Shown: positions 10,130 through 20,407, counted from the first letter of the stretch. The stretch: DNA of 64,000 nt from an uncultured Eubacteriales bacterium (GCA_900544975.1 UQXI01000007.1:4285-68284), one strand, 5' to 3'. Notes: generated from the sequence alone by a model not told the origin. Numbers and translations: made by a program.

Positions 10130-10326
10130 GGCCTGCCCTCCTTGGTTTTTATCTATGATATCTCCCCAGCCCATCAATTGCAAGGCAAAAAGCAGCGGAA
10201 AAGTAGGCAAAGCCTGCCCACCCCGCGTATCACAAACCCCCATAAGAAGCAGCGTCCTGTTTTTGCCGCTTCCTATGGGGGTTGCTTCATCCTTTGGCTA
10301 GGCGGGGATCAGCCGCCGGTTTATGA

Positions 10327-13300
10327 TTAGAAGTTCTGATCCAGAATGGTCAGGAGCTTGGCCATCTGGGCACGGGTGAGCGTTTTGCCGGGACGGAGGG
10401 TGCCGTCTCCATAGCCTTCGAAGAATCCTTCTGCAACCGCCCAGCTCATAGCAGTCTTCGCATAAGAATGGACTGCTTCCCCGTCTATATAGGCCTTCAG
10501 GTCTGCGCCCTGAATCGGTTCCTGTTTCAGGTACAGGGTGACATACCGGTATAGGAACGTGGCCGCCTGCTCCCGCGTGACGGTTCCCTCGGGGGCAAAG
10601 ATGGTGGTGGTCATACCCTGCACAATGCCCAGATCTTCCGCCCAAGCCACAGCATCGGTATAGTAACGTCCCTCCTTCACATCGGTGAAGGTCGCAGGCT
10701 CGGTCACTTCCGGCGTGCCTGCCAGGCGGTACAGCGTGGTCACCAGCTGGCCCCGGGTGAGGGCGCCGTTGGGGGCAAAGCGGGTGGCGGATATGCCGTT
10801 CATGAAGCCGTGGTCAAGCACATAGTCCGTGTATCCATGGTACCACTGGGTGATGTCCAGATCCATAAATCCTTGGGAGGCGCAGTGGGCCGGAATGACC
10901 TCGCCCCGCTTTACAATCTCACCGCAGACGGTGCAAACCTCATCGCCGGTGTAACCATCTTCGGTGCAGGTGGCTTCCTTGGCGTTCCGCAGCTCCGTCT
11001 TGTGGCCCAGAGCAGGAATCACCTCGCCCTGCTTCACCGTCTCGCCGCAAACCGTACAGACCTCATCGCCGGTATAGCCATCCTCGGTGCAGGTGGCTTC
11101 CTTGGCATTCCGCAGCTCCGTCTTGTGGCCCAGAGCGGGAATCGCCTCACCCTGTTTCACCGTCTCGCCGCAAACCGTGCAGACCTCGTCGCCGGTGTAG
11201 CCGTCCTCGGTGCAGGTTGCCTCCTTGGCGTTCCGCAGCTCCGTCTTCCCGTGACCCAGAGGCGCGGTGAAGTTATCGTGATACCGATAGCCGCAGACGG
11301 AGCAGGTGTATTCGTCATAACCGGAGGTGGTACAGGTGGGGGCAATCACCGTCTTTTCGTATTGGTGGCCCTTGGCGGAGATGTTCTCCTCCTTGGTCTC
11401 GCCGCACACGGTGCAGGTGTGATGCATCACGCCTTCCTCGCAGCAGCCGGGCTCAACCTTGACTACGCCCTCGTCCCAGCTGTGGCCGGTGGCGGGGATC
11501 ACCTCACCCTGTTCCACAATTTCGCCGCACACGGTGCAGACCTTGTCGCCGGTGTAACCATCTTCGGTGCAGGTGGCTTCCTTGGCGTTTTGCAGCTCGG
11601 TTTCCCCGTGGCCCAAGGGCGCGGTGAAATGATCGTGATATCCATAGCCGCAGACAGAGCAGACATATGCGTCGTAGCCGGAGGTGGTGCAGGTGGGCGC
11701 CACCACCGTCTTGTCAAACCTGTGGCCGGTGGCGGGGATCACCTCGCCCTGCTTTACGATCTCGCCGCAGTCAATGCAGACCTCATCGCCTGTGTAACCG
11801 GCTTCGGTACAGGTGGCTTCCTTCTGGCCCACCAGCTTTGTATTCGTGTGCTTATGGCCCTCTACCAGCGCCTGAATGGCGGCAGCCAGGCCGGTGGCAG
11901 CATCGTTCACCTGGGACTGGGTCGCCGTCTCATTGGCGGCCACCGCCCTGGCCTCTTCCAACGCATCTGCGAGATTGGCCCAGGTTTCGGCGGTGTAATC
12001 GTGTTCTGCAAGGGCCTCCGCCACAGCGATGGTCGCATTCAGGTCAGACCGATCCGTAACAAAGGGCGTGCGTGTGGATTCTGCCACCTTCAGGTATCCG
12101 ATGGGATGCTGCGCCATCAAATTCGTGATAAACTCCAGCTGAAGGCCCCGGGGCAGCTCCATCATCTCCATTCGGTATTGGCGAACGCCGGTCACCGGGT
12201 TGTCGTAGACCATGGTGGCCTCGTACATGTCGTAATCGGAGGAACTCCGTCTGTAACGAAGAGCGGTGATGTTCTGGCCGGTGAAGTTGCCATCGTTGTA
12301 GTTGGAGAAAGAGGGGAGATTGCCGCTTTCTATGGTCACCGTCACCAGGTAGGTGTCGTCCGCCGTCTCTTCAATTTCCACGGTGTCCTTAATAATGGGA
12401 GAAATTTCGCTATTGTCAAGGTCCATGAAGCTAAACTTGCTGAGAACGGCACTCATGGTATAGTGCTCCGCCTCCTGACTGCCTGCGGAAATCGTCAGGT
12501 CCTTGGAGATGGTATACTGGGTCATGTCCCGGACATAAACACGAACCGTAAGGTCTGTATCTCCCATGGGAACCGTCGCCGTATTTTGAGTGGAGAAGCC
12601 CTGGAGCTCCGTTTCCACGCCGTTTGCATCCACGGTGACGAAGCGGTATTCCGTCCCCTCAATGCCGCCGGTGGCGGAAGCGGTAACCTGGGCAGCTTCC
12701 TGGTCCTGGGCTGCGTCCAGCTCCACAGACAGCGGCGTATAGGCCTGCAAGCTCACCTGGGCGCCCTTCCGGCTGTTGAGGTCCGCCACCAGGGCCTCGC
12801 CGGACGCGTACCCTGGGGTGCCCGGCTGGGCGTAGAACACGGTCTTGAACACATCGTTGAAGAGATACTCTCCCACATCTGTAATGCCCGCGCCAAGGAC
12901 CACATGCTTGAGGGTCGTATTCCCGGAAAACGCGCTCCGTTCCAGAGTCTTCACACCATCACCCAGGTAGAGGGTCTCCAGGGCGTCCATGCTGGGAATC
13001 CACGCCACGCTGGTGTCGTTGCCCTTGGTAAACACCAGGTGCTTCAGGGAACCCATAAAGGAGAATGCCCAGCTGGCCACGGTTTGGAGGTTATCTCCCA
13101 GGGTCAAGGTCTCAATGGCAGCATTGGCAAAGGCAAAGGCTCCCACCGTCTCCAGGGAATTGGGCAGTTGAATCTCCTTCAGGCTGGTGCAGCCGTTGAA
13201 GGCGCTGGTGCCCAAGGTCTTCAGGCCCTCCTGGAAGGTGACCTTTTCCAGCGTTGTGACATTTCGGAAGGCAAAATTCGCAACAATTTCCACTGTGGCG

Positions 13301-16300
13301 GGGGCGATAAATTCCTTCATCGGGTTCTTCGGCGGGCAGAGAACGATCTCCTTTCCGCTGTCCCGCAGTAACACGCCATCCACGCTGCTGAACACAGCGT
13401 TTTTCTCAGAGACGTGAATGGTCTCCAGATTGTTGGCGCCGGTAAAGCTAATCTCTCCCAGATCCGTCAGGCTGGCGCCAATGGTAATGCTTCGAATCTT
13501 TGGACAATTGGAGAACGCGCTCTTCCCTACAGTCGTCAGAGAGTCGGGGAACACCACAATCTCCAGATTGGGGCACCAGGCAAACGAGTATGCTCCCAGC
13601 TCCACCAGAGCATCGCCCAGGTCCGGCTGAACAAACACGTCGTACTGGAAGGCATAGTCCCCTACCGTCTCCACCTGGTTGAGATCCAGCTCCGTGAGGC
13701 TCTTACAGAAGGAGAAGGCGTTACCTCCGATGGTTTTCACACTGTCCGGCACGGCCAGGCTGGAAATGGGCGTGCCGCTGAAGGCAAATGCGCCGATTTC
13801 CGCCAGCTGCGTCTCCGGAGCAAAGCGCAGCTGCTCGAGGTTGGCCAGGTAGGCAAAGGCGTAATCTGCAACCGCCGTGACATTCGCCGGAATGGTGTAT
13901 GCGCCGGTGGCGACCAGCTCCGTCTGTGCGGCGGGATGGCTCACCAGCACGGTCCCATCCATGCTAAACAGGATATTGTCCACCACCCGGAAGCTGGTAT
14001 TTCCATCGGCAACGAAAAGATGCTCCAGATTGGGGGTGGAGACGAAGGGCGCATACAGGCTGGTGACGCCTGCGCCAATCGTCACCTCTTTCAGAACCGG
14101 GCAGCTTTGCAGAACGAAATCGCCCACCTCTGTAACGCTGTCCGGGAGGGTCAGGGAGGTCAGGTAGGTCTGGGAGAAAGCCGCAGCTCCGATGGTCTTC
14201 AATCCATCGTTCAGGTGCGCCTGCGTAATGCCGGAGGCCACAAAAGTGCCCCTTCCGATGGTCACAAGGCCGGCCGGCGCGGTAAAGGTGCGAATGGGCG
14301 CACCGCTAAACGCGTAATCCCCAATGGTTTCCAGCCCGGCAGGGAATTCCAACACTTCAACGCCGCAGGATGCGAAGGCGTAGTCTCCGATGGTCTTCAG
14401 TGTACTGGGGAGGTTGATGTTTTTCAGATTGCCACAGGCGTAGAATATGTAGGCAGAAAGCTCCGTCAACCCCTCCGGCAAATGGACGGTATTGAGGAAA
14501 TAGCAGCTATAGAACGCATTTCTGCCAATCTTCCGCAGGCTGGAAGGTAGCTCAATCTCCGTGATCACCGTAGTTTCAAAGGCATAATCGCCAATCTCAT
14601 ACAGCTTGCTGCCCTCTGCAAAGGTCACCTGATACAATCGCTGGCAATTGGAGAAGGCATAATTTCCAATCTCCGTGACACTGGCAGGAATGGAAATTTG
14701 CTTCACAGGCCGCATGGCAAAGACGTAGTCGTCAATCTTCGTGACGCCTTCCGGAATGGCAATCTGGGTGCGCCAGCCCGTGTACTCCTTTAACACGCCG
14801 TCGTCATCGATTACAAAGTCGTCATAGTCCTCCGGGCGCACCGACACGGCGCAGGAGGCGGAATATGTGACGCCGTCTGCCGTCACAGAGGCAGTTACCG
14901 TGGTCCTTCCGGTGCTGACGCCAAACACCACTCCATTTTCGTCTACCATCGCCACCTGGGCGTCGCCGCTGGTCCAGGTGACCATAGCATCCCCCACACC
15001 GGTCGCCAGGGACGCGGTCAACTGGCTGGAAGTGCCCATATTCAGCGTGATTTCATCATAATCCATGACGATTCCCTGCTGGGCGGGAATTTCCTCTACC
15101 GTCACGGTGCAGGACGCAGCCACGCCCTCCGCCTCCGTCTGGGCCGTAACCACGGCTGTACCAGCGGAAATGGCTCTCACCGCGCCGGCTTCATCCACGG
15201 CGGCCACAGCCGGGTCGCTGCTGCTCCAGGTGATCCCGTCCTTGGTCACGGTCTCCGGCTCCAGAGTTGCGGTCAGAGTCATGACCTTTCCCCGGGTCAT
15301 CTGGAGCTGGCTGGCATTCAGTGTAATGCCTGTGGGATAGGTATCCCGAACCACAGTGGACAGCTCAGCATAGTTCACCGCATAGTCGAAGGCGTCGATT
15401 CGAATCCTGTCCGTCCGGTCGCCGGCCTGCTCCAGCGCCGCGATCAGCTCCTCCAAGTCAGCTTCCACCGTGTAGAGGCTGCGCCCATCCGCCTGCCGGG
15501 TCTCCAGGTTATCGGGGTCATCAAAGGTAAAGGTCTTCAGCGCCTTACCCTCGGAGGTCACCAGCTGCACAGCGCTCAGGTAATGGTTGTCCGACAGATG
15601 AAGCACCAGGGTCTGCTGGCCGGTCTCGCCAACGATCTCCGCATGCTCCAGCTTTGGCGGCGTGGTATCATAGTAGAAATCAAAGGTCCAGGTGTCCAGC
15701 TCCTGGGAGCCGGGCCGTGTGGCGGCAATGGTAAAGGTATACCAGCCTTCGGCAATCTCCCGGCCGCTGCTGTCCAAGCCGCTGAAGGTGGGAGCATAGG
15801 GCAGGAAGGCCTCTGCATACGTCACCACGCCGGCATTGACAAAGTAGTAGGATTTCTTCACCTGGCGGAAGACATCCTGCTGCATGACTCTTCCCGTGTC
15901 CTTCTGCGTCACGGTGTAGGTCACCTGGTCGGCGTTGCGCAGCATACCAGTCACGGTGCCCAGCTCCGCAAAAATCTGAGCCATGCTGTCTGCGGAAATG
16001 ACGTATTTGTCCGGGTCGATCCCATAGGCTCCGTTAAATACGTTTTGTCCCAGGTAGTAATAGCTGTTGCTGGCGCTGTAGACGTAGCTGGAACGCATAT
16101 AATGGGCAGAATCCCCGTCGATGAACAGGCCGTCCAGAACGGGAGCGGCGCTCCAGTCGCCGTAAAATGCGAGATAAGGTAGAGACAGATCCGAACCGCT
16201 ATTCTCACCGGCCATCAGGAACACGAAGCCGTCAATAAAGGTGCCATTCACTGCCTCGGCAACCGCCGCCCGGAAAGACTCCTCCGGCGTGATGGTCACC

Positions 16301-18645
16301 GTCACCGTGGCAGCGCCATGGCTGGGAACGGAAATTGTCCCGTCATCCGCCGCGCCAGTGTAAGTCACTGTGATTCCGTCCCCTGCGTAATTCTTTGATT
16401 TCTGCTGGAAAAACCCGTCAGCAATTTCCTCAGACAAGGCCGCCGCGTTCATGACATAGGTCAGCGGGTCGCCGGTCAGGTTGTGCACCGTGAACGTGAA
16501 GCGATAGGGGCCTGTGCCGTCGCCCAGCTCCGCTTTGGGCTTTGCGGGATCTGCCCCCTCCACCGTCAGATAGGCCTTGGCATTGGCCACAGCCTGGATG
16601 TTTGCCAGGCCCGCGCCCTGCTGGCGGGGAGAGTAGTAGCTGTTTTCCCCCCGGGTCAGAGGCTCCGCCGTAGCCATCAGCAGGGCGGAAACCAGGTTGA
16701 TTTTCTCGTCTTCGTGAAACGCTGCAAACTTTGCATCAGACTCTATGTATTGCTTTGTCAGTGCGGACAGGCCGGCCATATGGGGGGAAGCCATGGAGGT
16801 TCCGCTCATAGTGGCGTATGCATTGTTCAGCACGGCAGAGTAAATGTTTCCGCCCGGCGCCGCAATTTCCGGCTTCAGCTCCAGGTCCAGGGTTACGCCC
16901 CAGGAGCTGAAATCCGACATGGTCAGCGCCCCATTCTCCCACTGATCCGGTCCTACGGTCACCGTCTTCCCCGCAAGGGAAAGGAGCTTTTCGCCATCGG
17001 CCTTGGAGATGAATACAGAGCCGATATCGGCTTTTGTAATGCCGCCCATATCCGTCAGGGATTCGCTGGCAACGTTGTCATAAACGATAATGGCCTTGGC
17101 GCTCTTGGCATAGGCGTTGTCCACCTTTTGTTCAAAGGTCAGCTGGCTGGCCTCTCCCTCTGCAACGCCCCGCTGTACCAGGGCGATTCTCCCCTCCAGG
17201 GTTGTAAGGCCCGCTTTGGTCAAAGCATGGTCAAAATCAGCGGCGCTGCCATACCCGCAGTCCACATATTCCAGGGTACCGTTCAGGCTTGCCAGCAGAG
17301 TCTTGCCCTCCACCGTCGCTTCTTTGTAAGCAATCCTTGTGCCGTCAGAGGCCACCAGGTAATACGCTTGGGACACCGTGTTCACACTGGCAACTGCCAG
17401 CGCGGAATTCTGGGTCGCGGGGGACGCAACGATGGAGCTATCGGGATTGGTAACAGCAGGCAGGTTGTTTCCGGCCTCGTTGCCGAGGGTGGAGCTGTAG
17501 GCATTGCCTGCAGCCACATTCAAAATCACCCCGTGGCTTTTCACGGAATCGTAAATCCTCTGGATCTGCTCGTCCGTGCTGGTGGAGAAACCGGCGTCGG
17601 AGCCCAAGCTCATATTGATCACATCCACGCCCAGAGTCACCGCATCCTCTACCGCCGCAATGATATTGGATTCACGCCCCTGGCCCAGGAGGTCGTCAAA
17701 AACCTTCATGGCCACAATCTGGGCATCAGGGGCCACGCCGCGAATCGTGTCTCCACTGTTGGCCGCCGCAATGCCGGCCACATGGGTGCCATGATCCAGG
17801 CCGGTTTCGGGGCCGGGAATGGCATTGGTATCTCTGTCGGCATAGTCATAGGCAAAGGGGAACTTGTCATCCACCCGCAGCTGCGCCGCCGCCAGGGCGC
17901 CATTGCCTGCATGCAGCCGCCCCGTCAATTCAGAGAGTTTCCCTTCCGTCAAAGCGTCTGTGGGGACCTGCCCTTGGAACGCCTCGTGCTCCACATCCAC
18001 GCCGCTGTCGATGATGGCAATCACCTGACCGTCGCCGGTGTATGGGCTGTTGTCAGCCCCTACCATTGCCAGGGAGTTGGCATTTTTGTAATCCTGCTCC
18101 TGATCCTCCGGCACGGTGAAGATGGTCTCCACATAAACCGACTCCACTGCGTCCAGGGCCGCGATATCCTTCAGGAAACGATATTCCACGTCTGCGGCAA
18201 ATCCGTTTATCACCTCATAATAATCGTAGCGCACCGCAAAGGTGCTGGGTGCAGGCCCGTCTGCCGTGGCATGGGCCAAATCGGAAGCCTCTGCCTCAAT
18301 CAAGCTTGCAATCTCGTTCTGTACACGCTGATGCTGCGCCTCTTTCTCCCGGATGCCACCCTGGGTCGTGGAAGAAACCTCTTCCAGGTTGACAATCACG
18401 GTGACAACCTCGTCAGAAGCATAGACAGGCTCTGTCAATTCCGCTTTTTGCAGGCCATTGTCTTGGTCAAGCATATCCAGCAAACGCTGCTCCGCCTCAT
18501 GCTCCGGTTCAGAAAGAACCGGAGCGCCGTCTGAACCGGCAGGTGATGCCTGCACAGCAGCAGGCAGCATACCAAAGAGCAACGCAAATGCCAGAATCAT
18601 CGCGAGCCCTCGGTGTAACATCAGATACCATTTCTGCATTTTCAT
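10327..18645 (-). CDS. Giant (2772 aa) secreted subtilisin-like (S8) protease with N-terminal propeptide-like region, PA insert, long array of BspA-type leucine-rich repeats, Big_2 domains, ~9 Cys-rich repeat modules and three C-terminal SLH domains
   Basis: A signal peptide (MKMQKWYLMLHRGLAMILAFALLFGMLPAAVQA) follows the RBS AAAAAGGAGAA. S8 motifs are present: DSGVD, HGTHVAG and GTSMASPHMAG. There are many IGDYAF/IGxxAF BspA-like LRR units. Tandem TELRNAKEATCTEDGYTGDEVCTVCGE.VKQGEVIPALGH units lie at 10895-11290. The C-terminal 140 aa are identical to protease 1. Confidence 0.85.
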   Translation of the reverse strand: MKMQKWYLMLHRGLAMILAFALLFGMLPAAVQASPAGSDGAPVLSEPEHEAEQRLLDMLDQDNGLQKAELTEPVYASDEVVTVIVNLEEVSSTTQGGIREKEAQHQRVQNEIASLIEAEASDLAHATADGPAPSTFAVRYDYYEVINGFAADVEYRFLKDIAALDAVESVYVETIFTVPEDQEQDYKNANSLAMVGADNSPYTGDGQVIAIIDSGVDVEHEAFQGQVPTDALTEGKLSELTGRLHAGNGALAAAQLRVDDKFPFAYDYADRDTNAIPGPETGLDHGTHVAGIAAANSGDTIRGVAPDAQIVAMKVFDDLLGQGRESNIIAAVEDAVTLGVDVINMSLGSDAGFSTSTDEQIQRIYDSVKSHGVILNVAAGNAYSSTLGNEAGNNLPAVTNPDSSIVASPATQNSALAVASVNTVSQAYYLVASDGTRIAYKEATVEGKTLLASLNGTLEYVDCGYGSAADFDHALTKAGLTTLEGRIALVQRGVAEGEASQLTFEQKVDNAYAKSAKAIIVYDNVASESLTDMGGITKADIGSVFISKADGEKLLSLAGKTVTVGPDQWENGALTMSDFSSWGVTLDLELKPEIAAPGGNIYSAVLNNAYATMSGTSMASPHMAGLSALTKQYIESDAKFAAFHEDEKINLVSALLMATAEPLTRGENSYYSPRQQGAGLANIQAVANAKAYLTVEGADPAKPKAELGDGTGPYRFTFTVHNLTGDPLTYVMNAAALSEEIADGFFQQKSKNYAGDGITVTYTGAADDGTISVPSHGAATVTVTITPEESFRAAVAEAVNGTFIDGFVFLMAGENSGSDLSLPYLAFYGDWSAAPVLDGLFIDGDSAHYMRSSYVYSASNSYYYLGQNVFNGAYGIDPDKYVISADSMAQIFAELGTVTGMLRNADQVTYTVTQKDTGRVMQQDVFRQVKKSYYFVNAGVVTYAEAFLPYAPTFSGLDSSGREIAEGWYTFTIAATRPGSQELDTWTFDFYYDTTPPKLEHAEIVGETGQQTLVLHLSDNHYLSAVQLVTSEGKALKTFTFDDPDNLETRQADGRSLYTVEADLEELIAALEQAGDRTDRIRIDAFDYAVNYAELSTVVRDTYPTGITLNASQLQMTRGKVMTLTATLEPETVTKDGITWSSSDPAVAAVDEAGAVRAISAGTAVVTAQTEAEGVAASCTVTVEEIPAQQGIVMDYDEITLNMGTSSQLTASLATGVGDAMVTWTSGDAQVAMVDENGVVFGVSTGRTTVTASVTADGVTYSASCAVSVRPEDYDDFVIDDDGVLKEYTGWRTQIAIPEGVTKIDDYVFAMRPVKQISIPASVTEIGNYAFSNCQRLYQVTFAEGSKLYEIGDYAFETTVITEIELPSSLRKIGRNAFYSCYFLNTVHLPEGLTELSAYIFYACGNLKNINLPSTLKTIGDYAFASCGVEVLEFPAGLETIGDYAFSGAPIRTFTAPAGLVTIGRGTFVASGITQAHLNDGLKTIGAAAFSQTYLTSLTLPDSVTEVGDFVLQSCPVLKEVTIGAGVTSLYAPFVSTPNLEHLFVADGNTSFRVVDNILFSMDGTVLVSHPAAQTELVATGAYTIPANVTAVADYAFAYLANLEQLRFAPETQLAEIGAFAFSGTPISSLAVPDSVKTIGGNAFSFCKSLTELDLNQVETVGDYAFQYDVFVQPDLGDALVELGAYSFAWCPNLEIVVFPDSLTTVGKSAFSNCPKIRSITIGASLTDLGEISFTGANNLETIHVSEKNAVFSSVDGVLLRDSGKEIVLCPPKNPMKEFIAPATVEIVANFAFRNVTTLEKVTFQEGLKTLGTSAFNGCTSLKEIQLPNSLETVGAFAFANAAIETLTLGDNLQTVASWAFSFMGSLKHLVFTKGNDTSVAWIPSMDALETLYLGDGVKTLERSAFSGNTTLKHVVLGAGITDVGEYLFNDVFKTVFYAQPGTPGYASGEALVADLNSRKGAQVSLQAYTPLSVELDAAQDQEAAQVTASATGGIEGTEYRFVTVDANGVETELQGFSTQNTATVPMGDTDLTVRVYVRDMTQYTISKDLTISAGSQEAEHYTMSAVLSKFSFMDLDNSEISPIIKDTVEIEETADDTYLVTVTIESGNLPSFSNYNDGNFTGQNITALRYRRSSSDYDMYEATMVYDNPVTGVRQYRMEMMELPRGLQLEFITNLMAQHPIGYLKVAESTRTPFVTDRSDLNATIAVAEALAEHDYTAETWANLADALEEARAVAANETATQSQVNDAATGLAAAIQALVEGHKHTNTKLVGQKEATCTEAGYTGDEVCIDCGEIVKQGEVIPATGHRFDKTVVAPTCTTSGYDAYVCSVCGYGYHDHFTAPLGHGETELQNAKEATCTEDGYTGDKVCTVCGEIVEQGEVIPATGHSWDEGVVKVEPGCCEEGVMHHTCTVCGETKEENISAKGHQYEKTVIAPTCTTSGYDEYTCSVCGYRYHDNFTAPLGHGKTELRNAKEATCTEDGYTGDEVCTVCGETVKQGEAIPALGHKTELRNAKEATCTEDGYTGDEVCTVCGETVKQGEVIPALGHKTELRNAKEATCTEDGYTGDEVCTVCGEIVKRGEVIPAHCASQGFMDLDITQWYHGYTDYVLDHGFMNGISATRFAPNGALTRGQLVTTLYRLAGTPEVTEPATFTDVKEGRYYTDAVAWAEDLGIVQGMTTTIFAPEGTVTREQAATFLYRYVTLYLKQEPIQGADLKAYIDGEAVHSYAKTAMSWAVAEGFFEGYGDGTLRPGKTLTRAQMAKLLTILDQNF
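10895..11290. repeat. Tandem ~99-102-bp coding repeats (Cys-rich module) inside protease 2; diverged copies also in protease 1 (about 600-1130)
   Basis: Near-identical consecutive blocks gtctcgccgcaaaccgt(a/g)cagacct(c)(a/g)tcgccggt(a/g)tagcc(a/g)tcctcggtgcaggt... are visible. Confidence 0.7.
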
Positions 18646-19113
18646 AAATCATTTCTCCTTTTTGTTTCATTCCAGGCAGTCGCTGGGGCAAACAATGGTA
18701 CTCTGTCATATCTTTGCTCGTATGAGCCGGGCGCTCTGCCCCGCCCAAACGTATGTCGGCTTCTCCTCCTTTCTGAACAGCGCCTTACATACCCGCGCGT
18801 TGAAGCAAATTTACTTTTCATTTTTTGCAACTGCTTTCCCGTAAGTTCCAGATTGCCGGTTCCGTTACACAGCATCTTTTGCAACTTCCTCTTTATTCTA
18901 GCATCAAAGCACCAGAATTTACAACTGTAATATTCTACAAAAAATCGCAAAATTTTTTTCAAAAATTGTATATTTTGCACAAATTTCGCCGTCACGCAAA
19001 ATTCAGAGCCCCCCGCTACTAGTAATTTCCGGCAAAGTGTGCTATCATCTCCTTGTATTTTATTGCAACTAACATAGCGCGCGCCTGATTCACGACAGAA
19101 AGGACAACATGCT

Positions 19114-20235
19114 ATGCACATTACATTTTACCGTCATCCATGCCTGTACCCGGATGCCACCGAGCTGCTCTACGCCTATGTCAACGATACCCCAGCGAAA
19201 AATCTGGTCTTCCCCAGCCCCTACGCCCTTCCCAAATCGGTCATTGAGTCGATGATCCAAGAGGCTTGCGCCGGAATCGATCCCGCAGACGAACAGGTGC
19301 GCTTCTATTTCGAGCCGTTTCCTCTTCCAAAATATGGCTCTGGTTCGTACACCTGCGTAGCGCGGCTCCTGGCGTTCACCTACTCTGATTGGAGCAGCCC
19401 TGACGCCGAGCACTGCGTCTCCAGCATACAGGACGCCTGGCCTCTGGAAAGAATGCAGCAGGAACGAATTGTGTTCAGCGGGATTGCGCCCTATCGTCTC
19501 TGCTTCCGGCCATTGGGTGCGGATGAACCGGTTCCCTTCGCCAACGGTCTGGGACAGTTCCCGGCGCCTGCCGTGCTGAAGGACCGGCTGCTGGAGGTCT
19601 TTTCCGACTATCCGGCCCATGTTGGTACCCTGTCCGGCATTCTGCTTCCCGTGATGAAGTACCTGGAGCGTGCGCTTCAGCCCTGGATCGCAAAGGCTGC
19701 CCCTCTCATTGCCGCCTGGGAGCAGCATATGCAATTTACGTCGGCCAGGGATTTCATTCAAAAGGACTTGTGCAACAACGCAGATTACGAAATTTCCAAG
19801 GTAACCGCCTCGATGATGTTCTTCCATCCGCAGCGTCTTTTCTTCTATTACAACCAGGAAACTCAGGTCCTGGATCTCCTGATTGGCGCAGCTTCCTCCA
19901 TTCCCGGGCAGAAAACTCAGAAGTTTGCCAATTGGGAATACACCGCCCTGCGGCTGCTGAGCAGCCCATCGAGAATGAAGATGCTTTACGCCCTCCGGGG
20001 TAAAACGCTATCCGCACAGGAAATCATCACCGAAACCGGGGAAAAGCTTCTGATGAGTACCGTGACTCGGGATCTGTACAGCATGCGAGAAGCCCACATC
20101 CTGTATGTGGAATACCGCAACAATCGCCGTTACTATAGCATCAACTACGACACCTTGGACCTGCTCATCAACCACCTGAATTACCTGCGCCTCAGCCAGG
20201 GCAGCCCATCTGACGAATCCGCCGGGGAGGACTGA
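19114..20235 (+). CDS. Hypothetical protein with C-terminal ArsR-type winged-helix HTH (putative transcriptional regulator)
   Basis: The C-terminal segment LRLLSSPSRMKMLYALRGKTLSAQEIITETGEKLLMSTVTRDLYSMREAHILYVEYRNNRRYYSINYD is ArsR/SmtB-like. The N-terminal ~270 aa have no recognisable family. A weak RBS (AAAGGA) is present. Confidence 0.65.
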   Translation: MHITFYRHPCLYPDATELLYAYVNDTPAKNLVFPSPYALPKSVIESMIQEACAGIDPADEQVRFYFEPFPLPKYGSGSYTCVARLLAFTYSDWSSPDAEHCVSSIQDAWPLERMQQERIVFSGIAPYRLCFRPLGADEPVPFANGLGQFPAPAVLKDRLLEVFSDYPAHVGTLSGILLPVMKYLERALQPWIAKAAPLIAAWEQHMQFTSARDFIQKDLCNNADYEISKVTASMMFFHPQRLFFYYNQETQVLDLLIGAASSIPGQKTQKFANWEYTALRLLSSPSRMKMLYALRGKTLSAQEIITETGEKLLMSTVTRDLYSMREAHILYVEYRNNRRYYSINYDTLDLLINHLNYLRLSQGSPSDESAGED

Positions 20236-20407
20236 CTTCCACACCTGGCACGACCTCCATGAGCCGAAAGATCGTAATCCCCCGCTCTAAGAAGCAACTT
20301 CCGGTATTTGCCGCCTCTGATTGAAAGCACATTCTACTTTAACCCTGCTCGCCACAGTGGAAATTGTGCCAGTGATGGGATGAAAGCAGGAATTTCATAA
20401 AAATCAG

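Noticed and set aside
9885-10301. 138-aa plus-strand ORF spanning the regulator start / sORF region
   Set aside because: No RBS. It overlaps the regulator start and the better-supported minus-strand micro-ORFs. It has proline/serine-rich nonsense-like composition.
10810-13371. 853-aa and 683-aa (16483..18534) plus-strand ORFs inside protease 2
   Set aside because: Antisense shadow ORFs with low-complexity translation. The sense strand carries recognisable protease, LRR and SLH domains.
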